DNA from: Bacteroidales bacterium
Lineage (GTDB): Bacteria > Bacteroidota > Bacteroidia > Bacteroidales > UBA7960
Length of the DNA stretch: 64,000 nucleotides
Reading direction: 5' to 3'
Assembly: GCA_012521995.1 (NCBI GenBank)
Contig: JAAYLH010000078.1
Span: 5,535-69,534 of the forward strand
Part shown: positions 46,470-56,930 of the stretch, one piece after another
Layout of the letters: each line of letters opens with the position of its first letter
Position numbering within the stretch: the first letter of the stretch is position 1
The notes under the pieces: model-generated
What the model was told of the DNA's origin: nothing
Databases searched by the model: none
Seen by the model: only the letters and a program-made list of their open reading frames with translations
Translations under genes and position numbers: made by a program

Positions 46470-47117
46470 ATGAAGAATCATGGTATGTTCTTTTTTCTCG
46501 TCCTGATATCTTTGTTATTCTGCCCCGGGAAGCATGTTATGGGGCAAAGGTTTGTTGGGGGGCTGAAAGGAGGCTTGGCTGCCAGCGAGGTTTCAGGTGA
46601 TAACCTAAGCAGCCCGAATAAACTGGGATGGTTTGGGGCGGTGTTCACCAATATCCGGGTGGGGGATTTCAGCAGGGTTCAGCTTGAGCTGATGTACATT
46701 CAGAAAGGGAGCCGTTCCACCCCCAATGAGAAAAACAACTTTTACGATTATCGTTTTACCCTTCAATATGCGGAAATTCCCTTCTTGCTGGTGGTGGATT
46801 TCCCCTGGGGTGATGCAGGTGGTTTTGCCGACCGTATCTCGCTTGAAGGGGGCCTTTCGGCTGCATTCCTTGTTGGATCAAATGAAGTGGAGAACGACCG
46901 TGTCCTCGACCTGTCAGGTGAAAAACCCTACCATAACCAAGAGCTTAACCTGCTGATGGGCTTGTATTACCCCATTACGGGCCAGGTGCATTTTCATTTA
47001 CGTTTTTCACAAGGCATTACGCCTCTGAGGCCCCATGAAGGCGGTACTGCCATGTGGTATAACCGCGGGCAGTACAATACGGTATGGACCTTTGGTCTTG
47101 TCTGGGAGTTGCTTTGA
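46470..47117 (+). CDS. Small outer-membrane beta-barrel (porin-family) protein
   Basis: Signal peptide, alternating strand pattern, about 215 aa, C-terminal ...TFGLVWELL. Confidence 0.65.
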   Translation: MKNHGMFFFLVLISLLFCPGKHVMGQRFVGGLKGGLAASEVSGDNLSSPNKLGWFGAVFTNIRVGDFSRVQLELMYIQKGSRSTPNEKNNFYDYRFTLQYAEIPFLLVVDFPWGDAGGFADRISLEGGLSAAFLVGSNEVENDRVLDLSGEKPYHNQELNLLMGLYYPITGQVHFHLRFSQGITPLRPHEGGTAMWYNRGQYNTVWTFGLVWELL

Positions 47118-47256
47118 CAGCCCTGATCCACAACCTCACTGTTAAGAAAAGTTTAAGTTTTCTTTAAGGAAACAATAAATGAGCTTGTTGGTTTGGGATC
47201 ATGGCCCGTCTCCCCAAAAAATATCGTAATTTTGCTTTGTCTCTTAATCCAAGGAA

Positions 47257-47940
47257 ATGAGCGAGGAGAACTTCCGCATTTTGCTTGTCGACGACGAGCC
47301 CGATATTCTGGAGTTTATCGGTTACAACCTTACCCGTGAGGGCTATGCCGTTTCCAAGGCTTTGAATGGCCTTGAAGCCATCAGGAAGGCAAGGGAGGTA
47401 CAGCCTCACCTGATCATTCTAGATGTGATGATGCCGGAGATGGATGGCATGGAAACCTGCCGTGAACTGCGTAAACTGCCCGAGCTTTCGCATAGTGTGA
47501 TTGCATTTCTTACGGCACGTGGTGAAGATTATTCACAACTTGCAGGATTCGATGCAGGAGCCGATGACTATATTGCCAAGCCCATCAAGCCAAGTCTGCT
47601 CATTGGTCGTGTTAAGGCCTTGCTGAGGCGCTCAGGTCAGCCGGTGACGGAAACCGGGAGCATCCAGGCAGGCCGGGTGCGCATTGACCGTGAACGCTAC
47701 CTGGTCATCAAGGATGAACAGGAGATCACCCTTCCCAAAAAGGAATTTGAATTGCTTACCCTGCTGGCCTCCAGACCCAATAAGGTGTTTTCGCGCGAAG
47801 AAATCTTCGCCAGTGTTTGGGGCAGCGATGTGGTGGTGGGTGACCGCACCATTGATGTGCATGTAAGGAAATTGCGCGAAAAAATTGGCATAGAAAATAT
47901 CAAAACGGTCAAGGGCGTTGGCTACAAATTTGAGGTTTAA
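47257..47940 (+). CDS. OmpR/PhoB-family response regulator
   Basis: ILLVDDEPDI...LIILDVMMPEMDG...KP. Winged-helix output: EFELLTLLASRPNKVFSREEI...DRTIDVHVRKLREKI...TVKGVGYKF. Confidence 0.93.
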   Translation: MSEENFRILLVDDEPDILEFIGYNLTREGYAVSKALNGLEAIRKAREVQPHLIILDVMMPEMDGMETCRELRKLPELSHSVIAFLTARGEDYSQLAGFDAGADDYIAKPIKPSLLIGRVKALLRRSGQPVTETGSIQAGRVRIDRERYLVIKDEQEITLPKKEFELLTLLASRPNKVFSREEIFASVWGSDVVVGDRTIDVHVRKLREKIGIENIKTVKGVGYKFEV

Positions 47941-47943
47941 GCC

Positions 47944-49038
47944 ATGATCAGGAATGCTACCCCCCGTAAACTGGCCCTTATCACTTCACTGTTGGTTTCC
48001 CTGGGCTTCTCGCTGGCATATGGCATCACCTCCAAGCTGGTGTACGATGAAGTATTGTGGAAGACCCTTCTGGTGGGCAACATTGCCTTGTTTGGCATTA
48101 CCTTTTTTCTGTTCCGGTATATCCTCGAGCGGTTTATTTACGATCGCATAAGGTTGATATACAAGACCATTCACGAAATGAAAGCCCCCAAGAGCCAGAA
48201 GAAGAAAAGATTCTCCGACAATTCGGACATCATTCAGGAGACCAATCAGGAGGTGCTGGCCTGGGCTTCCGACAAGAAAAAGGAGGTGGAAGAACTGAAG
48301 AAATTGGAGACTTACAGGCGGGAGTTTCTGGGCAATGTCTCCCATGAGCTCAAGACCCCCATTTTCAACATCCAGGGTTATGTGCTCACCCTGCTCGATG
48401 GGGGCATGGACGATCCTGAGATCAACCGCAAATACCTTTTGCGTACTGAGCAAAGCATCGACCGTATGATCAGTATTGTTGAAGACCTTGAGTCCATTGC
48501 CAGGTTGGAATCGGGTGAATTGAAGCTCAACCTTTCGTCCTTCGATATCGTAGCCCTGGCCGGTGAAGTCATGGAGTTCATTGAGATTAAGGCTTCTGCC
48601 CGCAACATCCAATTGTTTTTCGGGCGGAATTATGACACCCCCATTTATGTGCATGCCGACCGCCAGGGCATACAGCAGGTTCTGACCAACCTCCTGGTAA
48701 ATGCCATCAAATACACTGCCGAAAACGGTCGCACCAAGATTAGTTTCTTCGACATGGATGAGAACATATTGGTTGAGGTGACCGACAGTGGGATAGGGAT
48801 TCCGCGGGAAGAGCTTCCCCGGGTTTTCGAACGTTTTTTCAGGGGCGACAAGAGCAGATCGTTTCGTGAGGGCGAAGGGGGAACGGGTTTGGGCCTTGCC
48901 ATCGTAAAGCACATCATTGAGGCCCACAATCAAACCATCAATGTGAGGAGCACCCTGGGGGTAGGTACCACCTTTGCCTTTACCCTCAGCAAGGCCAAGG
49001 GGCCTTCAGGTCACAGGCGTAATGTATTCATGTTATGA
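47944..49038 (+). CDS. Sensor histidine kinase (two TM, HisKA + HATPase_c)
   Basis: FLGNVSHELKTPIF (H-box), NLLVNAIKYT (N), VTDSGIGIP (G1), GGTGLGLAIVKHI (G2). Starts 4 nt after the regulator gene. Confidence 0.92.
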   Translation: MIRNATPRKLALITSLLVSLGFSLAYGITSKLVYDEVLWKTLLVGNIALFGITFFLFRYILERFIYDRIRLIYKTIHEMKAPKSQKKKRFSDNSDIIQETNQEVLAWASDKKKEVEELKKLETYRREFLGNVSHELKTPIFNIQGYVLTLLDGGMDDPEINRKYLLRTEQSIDRMISIVEDLESIARLESGELKLNLSSFDIVALAGEVMEFIEIKASARNIQLFFGRNYDTPIYVHADRQGIQQVLTNLLVNAIKYTAENGRTKISFFDMDENILVEVTDSGIGIPREELPRVFERFFRGDKSRSFREGEGGTGLGLAIVKHIIEAHNQTINVRSTLGVGTTFAFTLSKAKGPSGHRRNVFML

Positions 49039-49338
49039 ATTTCAGTTTTCATGAAAGTTATTTATTAGGCTCAGAAATGGTTAATTTCTCGTTAATAACT
49101 TTTTTGGGAAGCTGTTTGAAAAAAAGATACTTTTGCCCATCTTTAACAACCCTGAAAAAAGGAATGTACAATGTTTAAACAAAAAGTTTAAATCCGGCTG
49201 AAATGAAGTGTTTCTTGTTTCGCAGCAAGCCTTTAAATTTGTAAATTCTTTCCGGCGACGGAAATTCATTCATAAATCTGTAAACCATTAACCAATAGTT
49301 TCATTAATTCTAACCATTCAATCACAAAACAAAAAGCA

Positions 49339-52300
49339 ATGAGAAAGCAGACTTTTTTGATGTGTGTTATTGCAGCATTGTTCCTTGTGTTGGGAGCAAA
49401 CACTGCGTATTCTCAGGTTACAACCTCCGGCATGAACGGCAGGGTAGCGGATACTGAGAATCTTACCCTCCCCGGTGCCACGGTTCTGGCAACCCATGTG
49501 CCTTCTGGTACCCGTTACGGGGCTATCACTGATGCCAATGGTTTCTTCCGAATTCTGAACATGCGTATTGGTGGACCTTATGAGATCACAGTATCTTTTG
49601 TAGGTTACACGACCTTTGTTCAAAGCGACATTTACCTCAGCCTGGGTCAGACTCTTGGATTAAACGTTGTCCTGGCCGAATCGGCAGAATATCTGGAAGG
49701 CGTTGAAGTAGTAAGTTCAAGGTACGACATCTTTGACGGTAACCGCATGGGTGCAGGTACTAACTTCAACGACGAGCAGATTTCTGCGCTTCCCACAATC
49801 AGCCGCAGTATCAACGACTATACCCGCCTTACCCCTCAGACCGGTGTGGGTAATAGTTTTGCTGGACGTGACGGACGTTACAACAACATCACCATCGACG
49901 GTGCAAACTTTAACAACAACTTTGGTTTGAGCTCGACGAACCTTCCCGGTGGTGACGCTCAGCCCATCAGCCTAGACGCTATCGAAGAGGTAACCGTTAA
50001 CATAGCCCCCTTTGATATTCGTCAGTCAAACTTCACGGGTGCCAACATCAACGCAGTAACCCGCAGTGGTGACAACACCTTCAAGGGATCAGCCTATACT
50101 TTTTACCGCGACAAATCTTTTAATGGTACAAAAGTAGGTGACTCTGAACTTGATCTTGAAAAAACCTCTACTTATACCCTGGGTGCCAGGGTGGGTGGTC
50201 CTATCATTAAAGACAAACTGTTCTTCTTTGCCAATGCCGAAATGGAAAGCTCTTCATTCCCCGGTATTCCATGGAAACCCAGTGATCCAGCCAATGGAAT
50301 CAACCCCAGCGCAGATGATTTCATCAGCCGCACCACCGTTTCCGACCTGGAGACCATGCGTAATTACCTGATCAACACCTACAACTACGATCCGGGCAGT
50401 TATCAGGGATTTGGCAACTTTGCCAGCGAGAACTACAAGCTCCTTGGCAGGGTTGACTATAACATCAATCGTAACCATAAGCTGACCCTTCGCTATAACT
50501 ATGTGGAGTCGAACAACGACCAGCAGGTGAATGCCACCAGTGCTCCCCTGCCGCGTTCTACTCAAGGACGAATTGGTTCTCAGTCTATGGCTTTCGAGAA
50601 AGCCAATTATGGCTTCCTGAATACGGTTAGCTCAATCACCGGTGAATTGAACAGTGTGTTCGGAAACAAAGTTGCCAACAAATTCCTGGCTACTTACACC
50701 AAAATCCGCGACACCCGCAGCAGCCCCAGCGAGATGTTTCCCTTTGTTGACATCTACAAGGATGGCGATCCTTATATGAGTTTCGGTTATGAGTTGTTCA
50801 CCTTCGATAACGACGTAATAAACAACGTATTAACCCTTACCAACAACCTTTCCTATTTCCTTGGTAAACACACCCTGACCGCCGGTGCTGCTTTTGAGCA
50901 TCTCTATTTTGGCAACAGCTACAAGCGTTATGGTACCAGCTATTATCGTTTTGCCTCCATGGATGACTTCTTTAACAATGCAGAGCCCACTGCCTTTGGT
51001 CTTACCTATCCTTATGAAGGTGCCGGAGATGGCTATGCTGAGTTGAACTTTGGCTGGGGTAGCGTTTATGCCCAGGATGAGATACAGGTGTTCGATAACC
51101 TGAAGGTAACCGCAGGGGTTCGTTTCGAACTGCCTTTCTACTTTGATGATCCCATCGACAATGATGCCATTTCTGATCTTACCTTCCGTGACAATGATGG
51201 TTTCCCCGAGACCCTCGACGTAGGCTCATGGCCCGATCCCCAGATCCTTGTGTCACCCCGTGTGGGTTTCAACTATGACGTCAGAGGCGACCGCAGCCTC
51301 CAACTTCGCGGGGGTAGCGGTCTGTTCACCGGACGCTTGCCTTTCGTTTGGTTTACCAACCAGCCAACAAACAGCGGTACCCTGCAGAACACGGTAGAAG
51401 TGAACAACCCCGAAGTTCTGGGTAACTACCTATTCAACACTGATCCTCACGCACATCTGAATCAGTTCTCCCTGACTCCCGGAAGCACCCCTCCCGGAAA
51501 TATTGCCGTAGTTGACAAGGACTTCAAAATGCCCCAGATATGGAGGACAAACCTGGCTGCTGATACCAAACTTCCCTGGGGGGATTTGGTCTTTACTTTC
51601 GAAGGCTTGATCTCTAAGGACATCAATGCCATTGTTCAGCGTAACGCAAACCAGGATACCCCCACCGAGACCTTTGCAGGTCCCGATAACCGTTCCTATT
51701 TTGTTGGTGGAAACAATGGCCGTCGTATTAACGACAACATCTCAACCGCAATGGTACTGGACAATGCCAAAGAAGGTTACTCCTATTCGGCTACCTTCCA
51801 GTTGACAAAACCCTTCACCCAGGGGTTCTTTGGAACCTTGGCCTACACTTACACCATTACCAAGGACCTGACCGCTAACCCGGGTTCTGCTGCCAACTCA
51901 GCTTGGCAAAGCAACCCCTCCTACAACAACCAGAACCTTCCCGGTCTTGGTTACTCACAATTCTCCGTTCCTCATCGCGTCGTTGGTGCCATTTCCTATA
52001 ACAAGGAATACTTTGGCCATGCCGGAACCACCTTCTCCCTGTTCTACTCAGGTAGCCACCAGGGAAGGATGTCTTACATCTATTCCAACGACATGAACGG
52101 CGATGGCAACACCGCCGACCTGATGTACATCCCCAAGGATGACAGCGAGATAATTTTTGTTGACGTTGTTTCAGGTGGGGAGGTGACCTTTACTGCCGCT
52201 GAACAGCGTGCTGCTTTCTGGGCATTCGTTGACCAGGACAAATTCCTCAGCAAGAACAAGGGTGGCTATGCCGAACGTTATGCCGGTTTGATGCCCTGGC

Positions 52301-52614
52301 TCAACCGCTGGGACTTCCGCATCCTTCAGGATGTATTTGTTCATACCAACAATGGAAGGAAACATAACCTGCAAATCAGCCTCGACGTGCTGAATATTGG
52401 AAACTTACTGAACTCTGCCTGGGGTATCCGCCAACAGCAGGTTATTGGACGCTATGATATGACCCTTCTGCGTTTCGAGGGTGTTAATGAAGGTGGCGTT
52501 CCCACATACACCTTTAACAGAGTTGGTTCTTCTTTTCCCACCCAGTCTTATGTTGACTACAGGGATGTTTCATCCACCTGGAGTGCTCAGGTTGGTTTGA
52601 GGTATACGTTCTAG
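49339..52614 (+). CDS. TonB-dependent receptor with N-terminal carboxypeptidase-regulatory-like domain (Oar-like)
   Basis: Signal peptide. GRVAD...LPGATVLATHVPSGTRYGAITDANGFFRILNM (CarboxypepD_reg). Plug region, a long barrel, and C-terminal ...QVGLRYTF. Confidence 0.88.
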   Translation: MRKQTFLMCVIAALFLVLGANTAYSQVTTSGMNGRVADTENLTLPGATVLATHVPSGTRYGAITDANGFFRILNMRIGGPYEITVSFVGYTTFVQSDIYLSLGQTLGLNVVLAESAEYLEGVEVVSSRYDIFDGNRMGAGTNFNDEQISALPTISRSINDYTRLTPQTGVGNSFAGRDGRYNNITIDGANFNNNFGLSSTNLPGGDAQPISLDAIEEVTVNIAPFDIRQSNFTGANINAVTRSGDNTFKGSAYTFYRDKSFNGTKVGDSELDLEKTSTYTLGARVGGPIIKDKLFFFANAEMESSSFPGIPWKPSDPANGINPSADDFISRTTVSDLETMRNYLINTYNYDPGSYQGFGNFASENYKLLGRVDYNINRNHKLTLRYNYVESNNDQQVNATSAPLPRSTQGRIGSQSMAFEKANYGFLNTVSSITGELNSVFGNKVANKFLATYTKIRDTRSSPSEMFPFVDIYKDGDPYMSFGYELFTFDNDVINNVLTLTNNLSYFLGKHTLTAGAAFEHLYFGNSYKRYGTSYYRFASMDDFFNNAEPTAFGLTYPYEGAGDGYAELNFGWGSVYAQDEIQVFDNLKVTAGVRFELPFYFDDPIDNDAISDLTFRDNDGFPETLDVGSWPDPQILVSPRVGFNYDVRGDRSLQLRGGSGLFTGRLPFVWFTNQPTNSGTLQNTVEVNNPEVLGNYLFNTDPHAHLNQFSLTPGSTPPGNIAVVDKDFKMPQIWRTNLAADTKLPWGDLVFTFEGLISKDINAIVQRNANQDTPTETFAGPDNRSYFVGGNNGRRINDNISTAMVLDNAKEGYSYSATFQLTKPFTQGFFGTLAYTYTITKDLTANPGSAANSAWQSNPSYNNQNLPGLGYSQFSVPHRVVGAISYNKEYFGHAGTTFSLFYSGSHQGRMSYIYSNDMNGDGNTADLMYIPKDDSEIIFVDVVSGGEVTFTAAEQRAAFWAFVDQDKFLSKNKGGYAERYAGLMPWLNRWDFRILQDVFVHTNNGRKHNLQISLDVLNIGNLLNSAWGIRQQQVIGRYDMTLLRFEGVNEGGVPTYTFNRVGSSFPTQSYVDYRDVSSTWSAQVGLRYTF

Positions 52615-52636
52615 TTTTTTTTGGAATCTAAACCAC

Positions 52637-52672
52637 AGGGGCTGTCCGCTTTTGGGCAGCCCTTTGTTTTTT
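52637..52672 (+). terminator. Rho-independent terminator after the TonB receptor gene
   Basis: GGGCTG (52639-52644) pairs with CAGCCC (52657-52662), followed by TTTGTTTTTT. Confidence 0.65.
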
Positions 52673-52740
52673 ATTCTTACGAGGCTTTTCTTGCCTGAAT
52701 GCAATTTTCCATTAAATTTGGGGCTCAAAATCATGAACAG

Positions 52741-53253
52741 ATGAAAAGACGTCCTTTCCTTATCCTGACCCTTGTTTTTTCAACCTTTTTGTTTTCGGGG
52801 TTGACTGCCTGCAAGTCTGACAACCATCCAGGCAAAAAAGACCTGCGGCTGGTGCTTGAAGACCATTTTAACAGGCCAATCTATAAGGGCTATGTTGAGG
52901 TGCTTGACGTTAAAGTGCTGGAAGATGGGGAAGCCGAGTATATGGGGGGACAGTACTATGATGTCCGAATTAGCGCCCGCATTCGGGTAAAAAAAGGATT
53001 TGTTGTTTCCAAGCGCTTTACAGCTACAACTTTTGAAGTGAACGAAGAATGGCCCGGGCGCTACCAGAAGGATCTGGCTGAGGCCAAAACCGAAGAAGAA
53101 CGCGAAGAAATCGACAAATTGTTCAACGCCAACACGTTCAGCGAAGGCGAACACGAAATTGAAGGCATGCTCGGTTTTGCCCTCCTCGAAGGGAAATGGC
53201 ACCTGCTTTCCCTGATGCTTGGCCCTCAGGCCCCCAAATCCCTCGCTAATTAA
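52741..53253 (+). CDS. Hypothetical lipoprotein
   Basis: MKRRPFLILTLVFSTFLFSGLTAC: signal peptide with a lipobox (LTAC). No family recognised. Confidence 0.65.
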   Translation: MKRRPFLILTLVFSTFLFSGLTACKSDNHPGKKDLRLVLEDHFNRPIYKGYVEVLDVKVLEDGEAEYMGGQYYDVRISARIRVKKGFVVSKRFTATTFEVNEEWPGRYQKDLAEAKTEEEREEIDKLFNANTFSEGEHEIEGMLGFALLEGKWHLLSLMLGPQAPKSLAN

Positions 53254-53310
53254 AAAAACTTTTCAGACAATCACTTGTTATTTAGAATAATTTTAAATAA
53301 CTTAGTATTG

Positions 53311-53781
53311 ATGAAAGAAGTCTTAAAGAATATTGCAGTACTGTTTGTGCTGGGTGCTTTCCTGGTTTCCGCCTCAGGATTCAGGCTGATCAGGCACACC
53401 TGTCCGTCATGCAATATCGTTGAATACTCCTTCCATCAACCGGAAGACTGCTGTGGAGGGACTACCCCTGTGCCTGATGCCGGTCCTGTTTCCTGCTGTA
53501 CCGTTCCGGAGGATCCCTCAAATTGTAACGCTGTCTTTGAAGGCATTACTTGCTGTGAATACGAGTCACAGTATTATGTGGTGGATGAAGTAATATCCCC
53601 GCAAACCCTGAAAGTGGAGGCCCAAATAGCTACCATTCCCTTGCCGGATGAAATCCTTCCGGTTCCTGTTGGAGATGACAGCCCTGTCTTAAAGGAAGCC
53701 TTTCTTCACCCCCCGCCACCTGCCTTCACAGGAACGGATTACCTGGTTTTTCTCCAACAACTTAAGATCACCTTCTGTTAA
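53311..53781 (+). CDS. Cys-rich membrane-anchored protein (H-x-C / CC / PP motif family, possibly the family annotated HYC_CC_PP)
   Basis: N-terminal TM (IAVLFVLGAFLVSA), then RHTCPSC, DCCGG, SCCTV, ITCCEY and a C-terminal HPPPPAF. The family name is recalled from annotations, not verified. Confidence 0.6.
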   Translation: MKEVLKNIAVLFVLGAFLVSASGFRLIRHTCPSCNIVEYSFHQPEDCCGGTTPVPDAGPVSCCTVPEDPSNCNAVFEGITCCEYESQYYVVDEVISPQTLKVEAQIATIPLPDEILPVPVGDDSPVLKEAFLHPPPPAFTGTDYLVFLQQLKITFC

Positions 53782-53887
53782 TTAAGAATGCATCCCCTGC
53801 AGTTTAAAGGGTCCCTTTCTTGCCCCTGGTAAGGAAAGGCATGGCCTTTTTGTATCCAATCCTTAATTAATACCAAAAAATATTGTT

Positions 53888-54289
53888 ATGAAAACCATTT
53901 CATCTTTAATAATAAGTCTTTTTGTTGTACTCATTTCAGGCATTCCATCCCCTGCCATTGCTCAGGAACCTGTCGGCCAGGGCAGGGTAGATACGGAGAT
54001 CAAGGTCCTGGGCATTTGCGGGATGTGTAAGGATCGCATCGAACGTGCAGCCTTCAGTGTGCGCGGGGTTCGCTCCGCCAGTTGGGACCAGAAACAACAA
54101 TTGCTCACAGTAAATTTCCGTGCCGACCGCACCAGCCAGGAAGAGATCGAACGCAGCATCGCAAAAGCTGGTCACGATACCGAGCACTTCATCACCGATG
54201 AGGAAACCTATTCCAACCTGCATAGTTGCTGCAAGTACCCAAGGGATCCTGAGATGCTCAGAAACAACAAATTGTATAATCAGGAATAA
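53888..54289 (+). CDS. Secreted heavy-metal-associated (HMA) domain protein
   Basis: Signal peptide. Ferredoxin-like HMA fold with GICGMCKDRIERA (CxxC) and an extra C-terminal HSCC. Confidence 0.8.
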   Translation: MKTISSLIISLFVVLISGIPSPAIAQEPVGQGRVDTEIKVLGICGMCKDRIERAAFSVRGVRSASWDQKQQLLTVNFRADRTSQEEIERSIAKAGHDTEHFITDEETYSNLHSCCKYPRDPEMLRNNKLYNQE

Positions 54290-54297
54290 ACGGACCC

Positions 54298-54513
54298 ATG
54301 ATGATTAAAACCTATTCAGTGACCGGGTTACACTGCAATGCCTGTGTGAACCGTGTTCAGAAAGCCCTGGCCAACGAGCCCGGGGTGGATCAGGTGAAGG
54401 TGGATCTTCCCTCTGCAACCGTGGAGATCTTTACCCGGCAAACCCTTGACACTGCACACCTGAACTCCATTCTGGAAGAGCTTGGCGAATACCGTTTGTT
54501 CCCAAAGGAATAA
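54298..54513 (+). CDS. Small cytoplasmic HMA-domain metallochaperone-like protein (CopZ-like)
   Basis: 71 aa. YSVTGLHCNACVNRVQKAL (CxxC in HMA context). Confidence 0.8.
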   Translation: MMIKTYSVTGLHCNACVNRVQKALANEPGVDQVKVDLPSATVEIFTRQTLDTAHLNSILEELGEYRLFPKE

Positions 54514-54517
54514 AACC

Positions 54518-56764
54518 ATGAAAAACCGGATAAAAATCTTGTTTGTAATAATACTTGTTGTGACTTCAGCCGTTATACGGGCCCAGGACAACAAGCTTAG
54601 GGGAGTGGTGCAGGAATCTGTTGACCACGATGGGCACGCCCATCTTTCCCCTCTGGCGGGGGCCAATGTGGTATGGCTTGGCACCACCAATGGGGCGGCT
54701 ACCGATGCCGAGGGGCGTTTCGTATTGGATAAGCCTGCCGGGCTGCCTCAGCAGTTGGTGGTCAGTTATATTGGCTACCAAAGCGATACCTTGACCATCA
54801 CCGCTGCCGATGCCGAGATTTCTGTAGTACTGGAAACCGCCCGCCAATTGGATGAGGTGGTAGTTGCTGGACGCAGGCCCGGCTCACATTACTCCAGCCT
54901 CGAACCCATGCTGACGGAAGTCATTACTCAAAGTGAGTTGCAGCGGGCCGCCTGCTGTAACCTCTCTGAGGCTTTTGAGACCAACGCCAGCATCGATGTA
55001 TCATACAGCGATGCCGTCTCTGGAGCCCAGCAGATCCAGTTGCTGGGCTTGGCGGGCATCTACAGCCAAATCCTCACCGAGAACATGCCTACCTTGCGGG
55101 GACTGGGCCAGCCCTTTGGCCTGAGCTATACCCCCGGACCCTGGATGGAATCGATTCAGGTGTCGAAGGGAGCGGCCAGCGTCATTAACGGCTATGAGTC
55201 CATTACAGGACAGATTAATGTGGAGCTTAAAAAACCTCAGAATGCCGAAAAGCTGTTCTATAACTTCTACGCCAACGACTTCGGCAGGCTCGAAAGCACC
55301 TTAAACGCTGCAGTGAATCTTAGCTCGCTATGGAGTACGATGGTGATGGCCCATGGCGAATTTCTGAACAACACTATTGACCACAACCACGACTCCTTCC
55401 TGGACCATCCCCTGGTCAGGAAATTCAATGTGGTCAACCGCTATCGTTATGACCGCCCAGGCATCATGGAGTCGCAGTTTGGGGTGAGGCTGATGCAGGA
55501 AGACCGTGAAGGAGGGCAGCAGTCTTTTTTCCAGGATAAGGAAGAATGGGGTTCACTGAACGCCTATGGCTTTGGCGTCAATACCCGCCGTTACGAGGCC
55601 TTTGCCAAGACAGGTTTTTTCTTCAGCAAAATGCCCAATGCCAGCCTGGGTACGCAGTTCGATTTTTCACACCACAGCCACGACTCGAACTATGGTCCTA
55701 CGACCTACGAGGGTACCCAGAATACCTTTTACGCCAACATCCTCTTTGAGAATACAATCGCCCAAAATCCTGACCACAGGTTTACCACCGGTGTGAGTTT
55801 CTTGATGGATGACTATCGTGAGATTCTGGCCGATAGCCTGTTCGATCGCCGCGAAGCAGTGCCTGGCATTTTCGGACAATATACAATGACCCGTGGTGGG
55901 CATTTCACTTTAATTGCAGGTTTGCGTGGTGACTTCCATAACATTTATGGTCCATTCCTTACGCCCCGCTTCCACCTGCGCTACAAGGCGGGTGAGTACA
56001 CCACCTTCCGAGCCTCTGCAGGGAGTGGTTTCCGCGTGCCCAACCTCATCGCCGAAAATACGGGGCTGCTGGTGAGTAATCGCAGTATACGCGTGCTTGA
56101 GGACATTGAACCTGAAAGGGCCTGGAATTATGGGGGCAGCATCACCCGCAGCCTCACCCTGATGGGCAAGGATGCTTCCATTACAGCCGAGTATTACCGG
56201 ACCGATTTCCAGAACCAGCTTATTGTGGATGTGGATGCCAAGCTTACCGAGGCCCGTTTCTACAACCTCGAAGGGCGTTCCTATGCCAACAATGTCCAGG
56301 TCGAGATGGGCTTCGAGCCCATTCGCAGGTTGGAGATGACCGCGGCCTACCGCTTCACCGATGTGAAGACCACCATCAACGGGGTGCTTGATACAAAGCC
56401 CTTCGTGAACCGCTACAAAGGGCTGCTCTCAGGCTCGTATGCCTCGCGCAACAACCGCTGGCAGTTCGACCTTACGGCTCAGTTCAACGGGCCCAGCCGC
56501 ATTCCTTCAACTGACATGCTGCCCGAAGCCCTCCGTATGCCCGAATCTTCCCCTGCCCATACCATCCTTCACGGACAGGTGACCTATAGTCTCAGGGCTT
56601 TCGACCTCTACCTGGGCGGAGAGAACCTGACCAATTTCAGGCAGATGAATCCCATTATTGCATCCGCTGAACCCTTCGGCGAGTACTTCGATGGCTCCAT
56701 GATCTGGGGGCCCATCCTGGGACGCATGTTTTATCTCGGCCTGCGCTATGCCATCGACAGGTAA
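54518..56764 (+). CDS. TonB-dependent receptor (CarboxypepD_reg + plug + barrel)
   Basis: Signal peptide MKNRIKILFVIILVVTSAVIRAQ, LRGVVQE...GANVVWLGTTNGAATDAEGRF, a plug region, and a long barrel. ATG 54518 preferred over the upstream start that overlaps the HMA gene. Confidence 0.88.
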   Translation: MKNRIKILFVIILVVTSAVIRAQDNKLRGVVQESVDHDGHAHLSPLAGANVVWLGTTNGAATDAEGRFVLDKPAGLPQQLVVSYIGYQSDTLTITAADAEISVVLETARQLDEVVVAGRRPGSHYSSLEPMLTEVITQSELQRAACCNLSEAFETNASIDVSYSDAVSGAQQIQLLGLAGIYSQILTENMPTLRGLGQPFGLSYTPGPWMESIQVSKGAASVINGYESITGQINVELKKPQNAEKLFYNFYANDFGRLESTLNAAVNLSSLWSTMVMAHGEFLNNTIDHNHDSFLDHPLVRKFNVVNRYRYDRPGIMESQFGVRLMQEDREGGQQSFFQDKEEWGSLNAYGFGVNTRRYEAFAKTGFFFSKMPNASLGTQFDFSHHSHDSNYGPTTYEGTQNTFYANILFENTIAQNPDHRFTTGVSFLMDDYREILADSLFDRREAVPGIFGQYTMTRGGHFTLIAGLRGDFHNIYGPFLTPRFHLRYKAGEYTTFRASAGSGFRVPNLIAENTGLLVSNRSIRVLEDIEPERAWNYGGSITRSLTLMGKDASITAEYYRTDFQNQLIVDVDAKLTEARFYNLEGRSYANNVQVEMGFEPIRRLEMTAAYRFTDVKTTINGVLDTKPFVNRYKGLLSGSYASRNNRWQFDLTAQFNGPSRIPSTDMLPEALRMPESSPAHTILHGQVTYSLRAFDLYLGGENLTNFRQMNPIIASAEPFGEYFDGSMIWGPILGRMFYLGLRYAIDR

Positions 56765-56786
56765 AGGATCCATGATCCTTTCCGGT

Positions 56787-56824
56787 AAACCGCCATGGCC
56801 CTCCGGTCTTGGCGGTTTTCTTTT
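56787..56824 (+). terminator. Rho-independent terminator
   Basis: AAACCGCCA (56787-56795) pairs with TGGCGGTTT (56810-56818), followed by TCTTTT. Confidence 0.75.
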
Positions 56825-56930
56825 GAGCCGTTGATGAAAATTTGATCAAAAATAGTGCCCTTTAGGGGTCTTTTTTGAGAAAAAAATTTCCTTTTCTTGC
56901 TGATTATGCATACATTTTAGGGTTTCGTTT

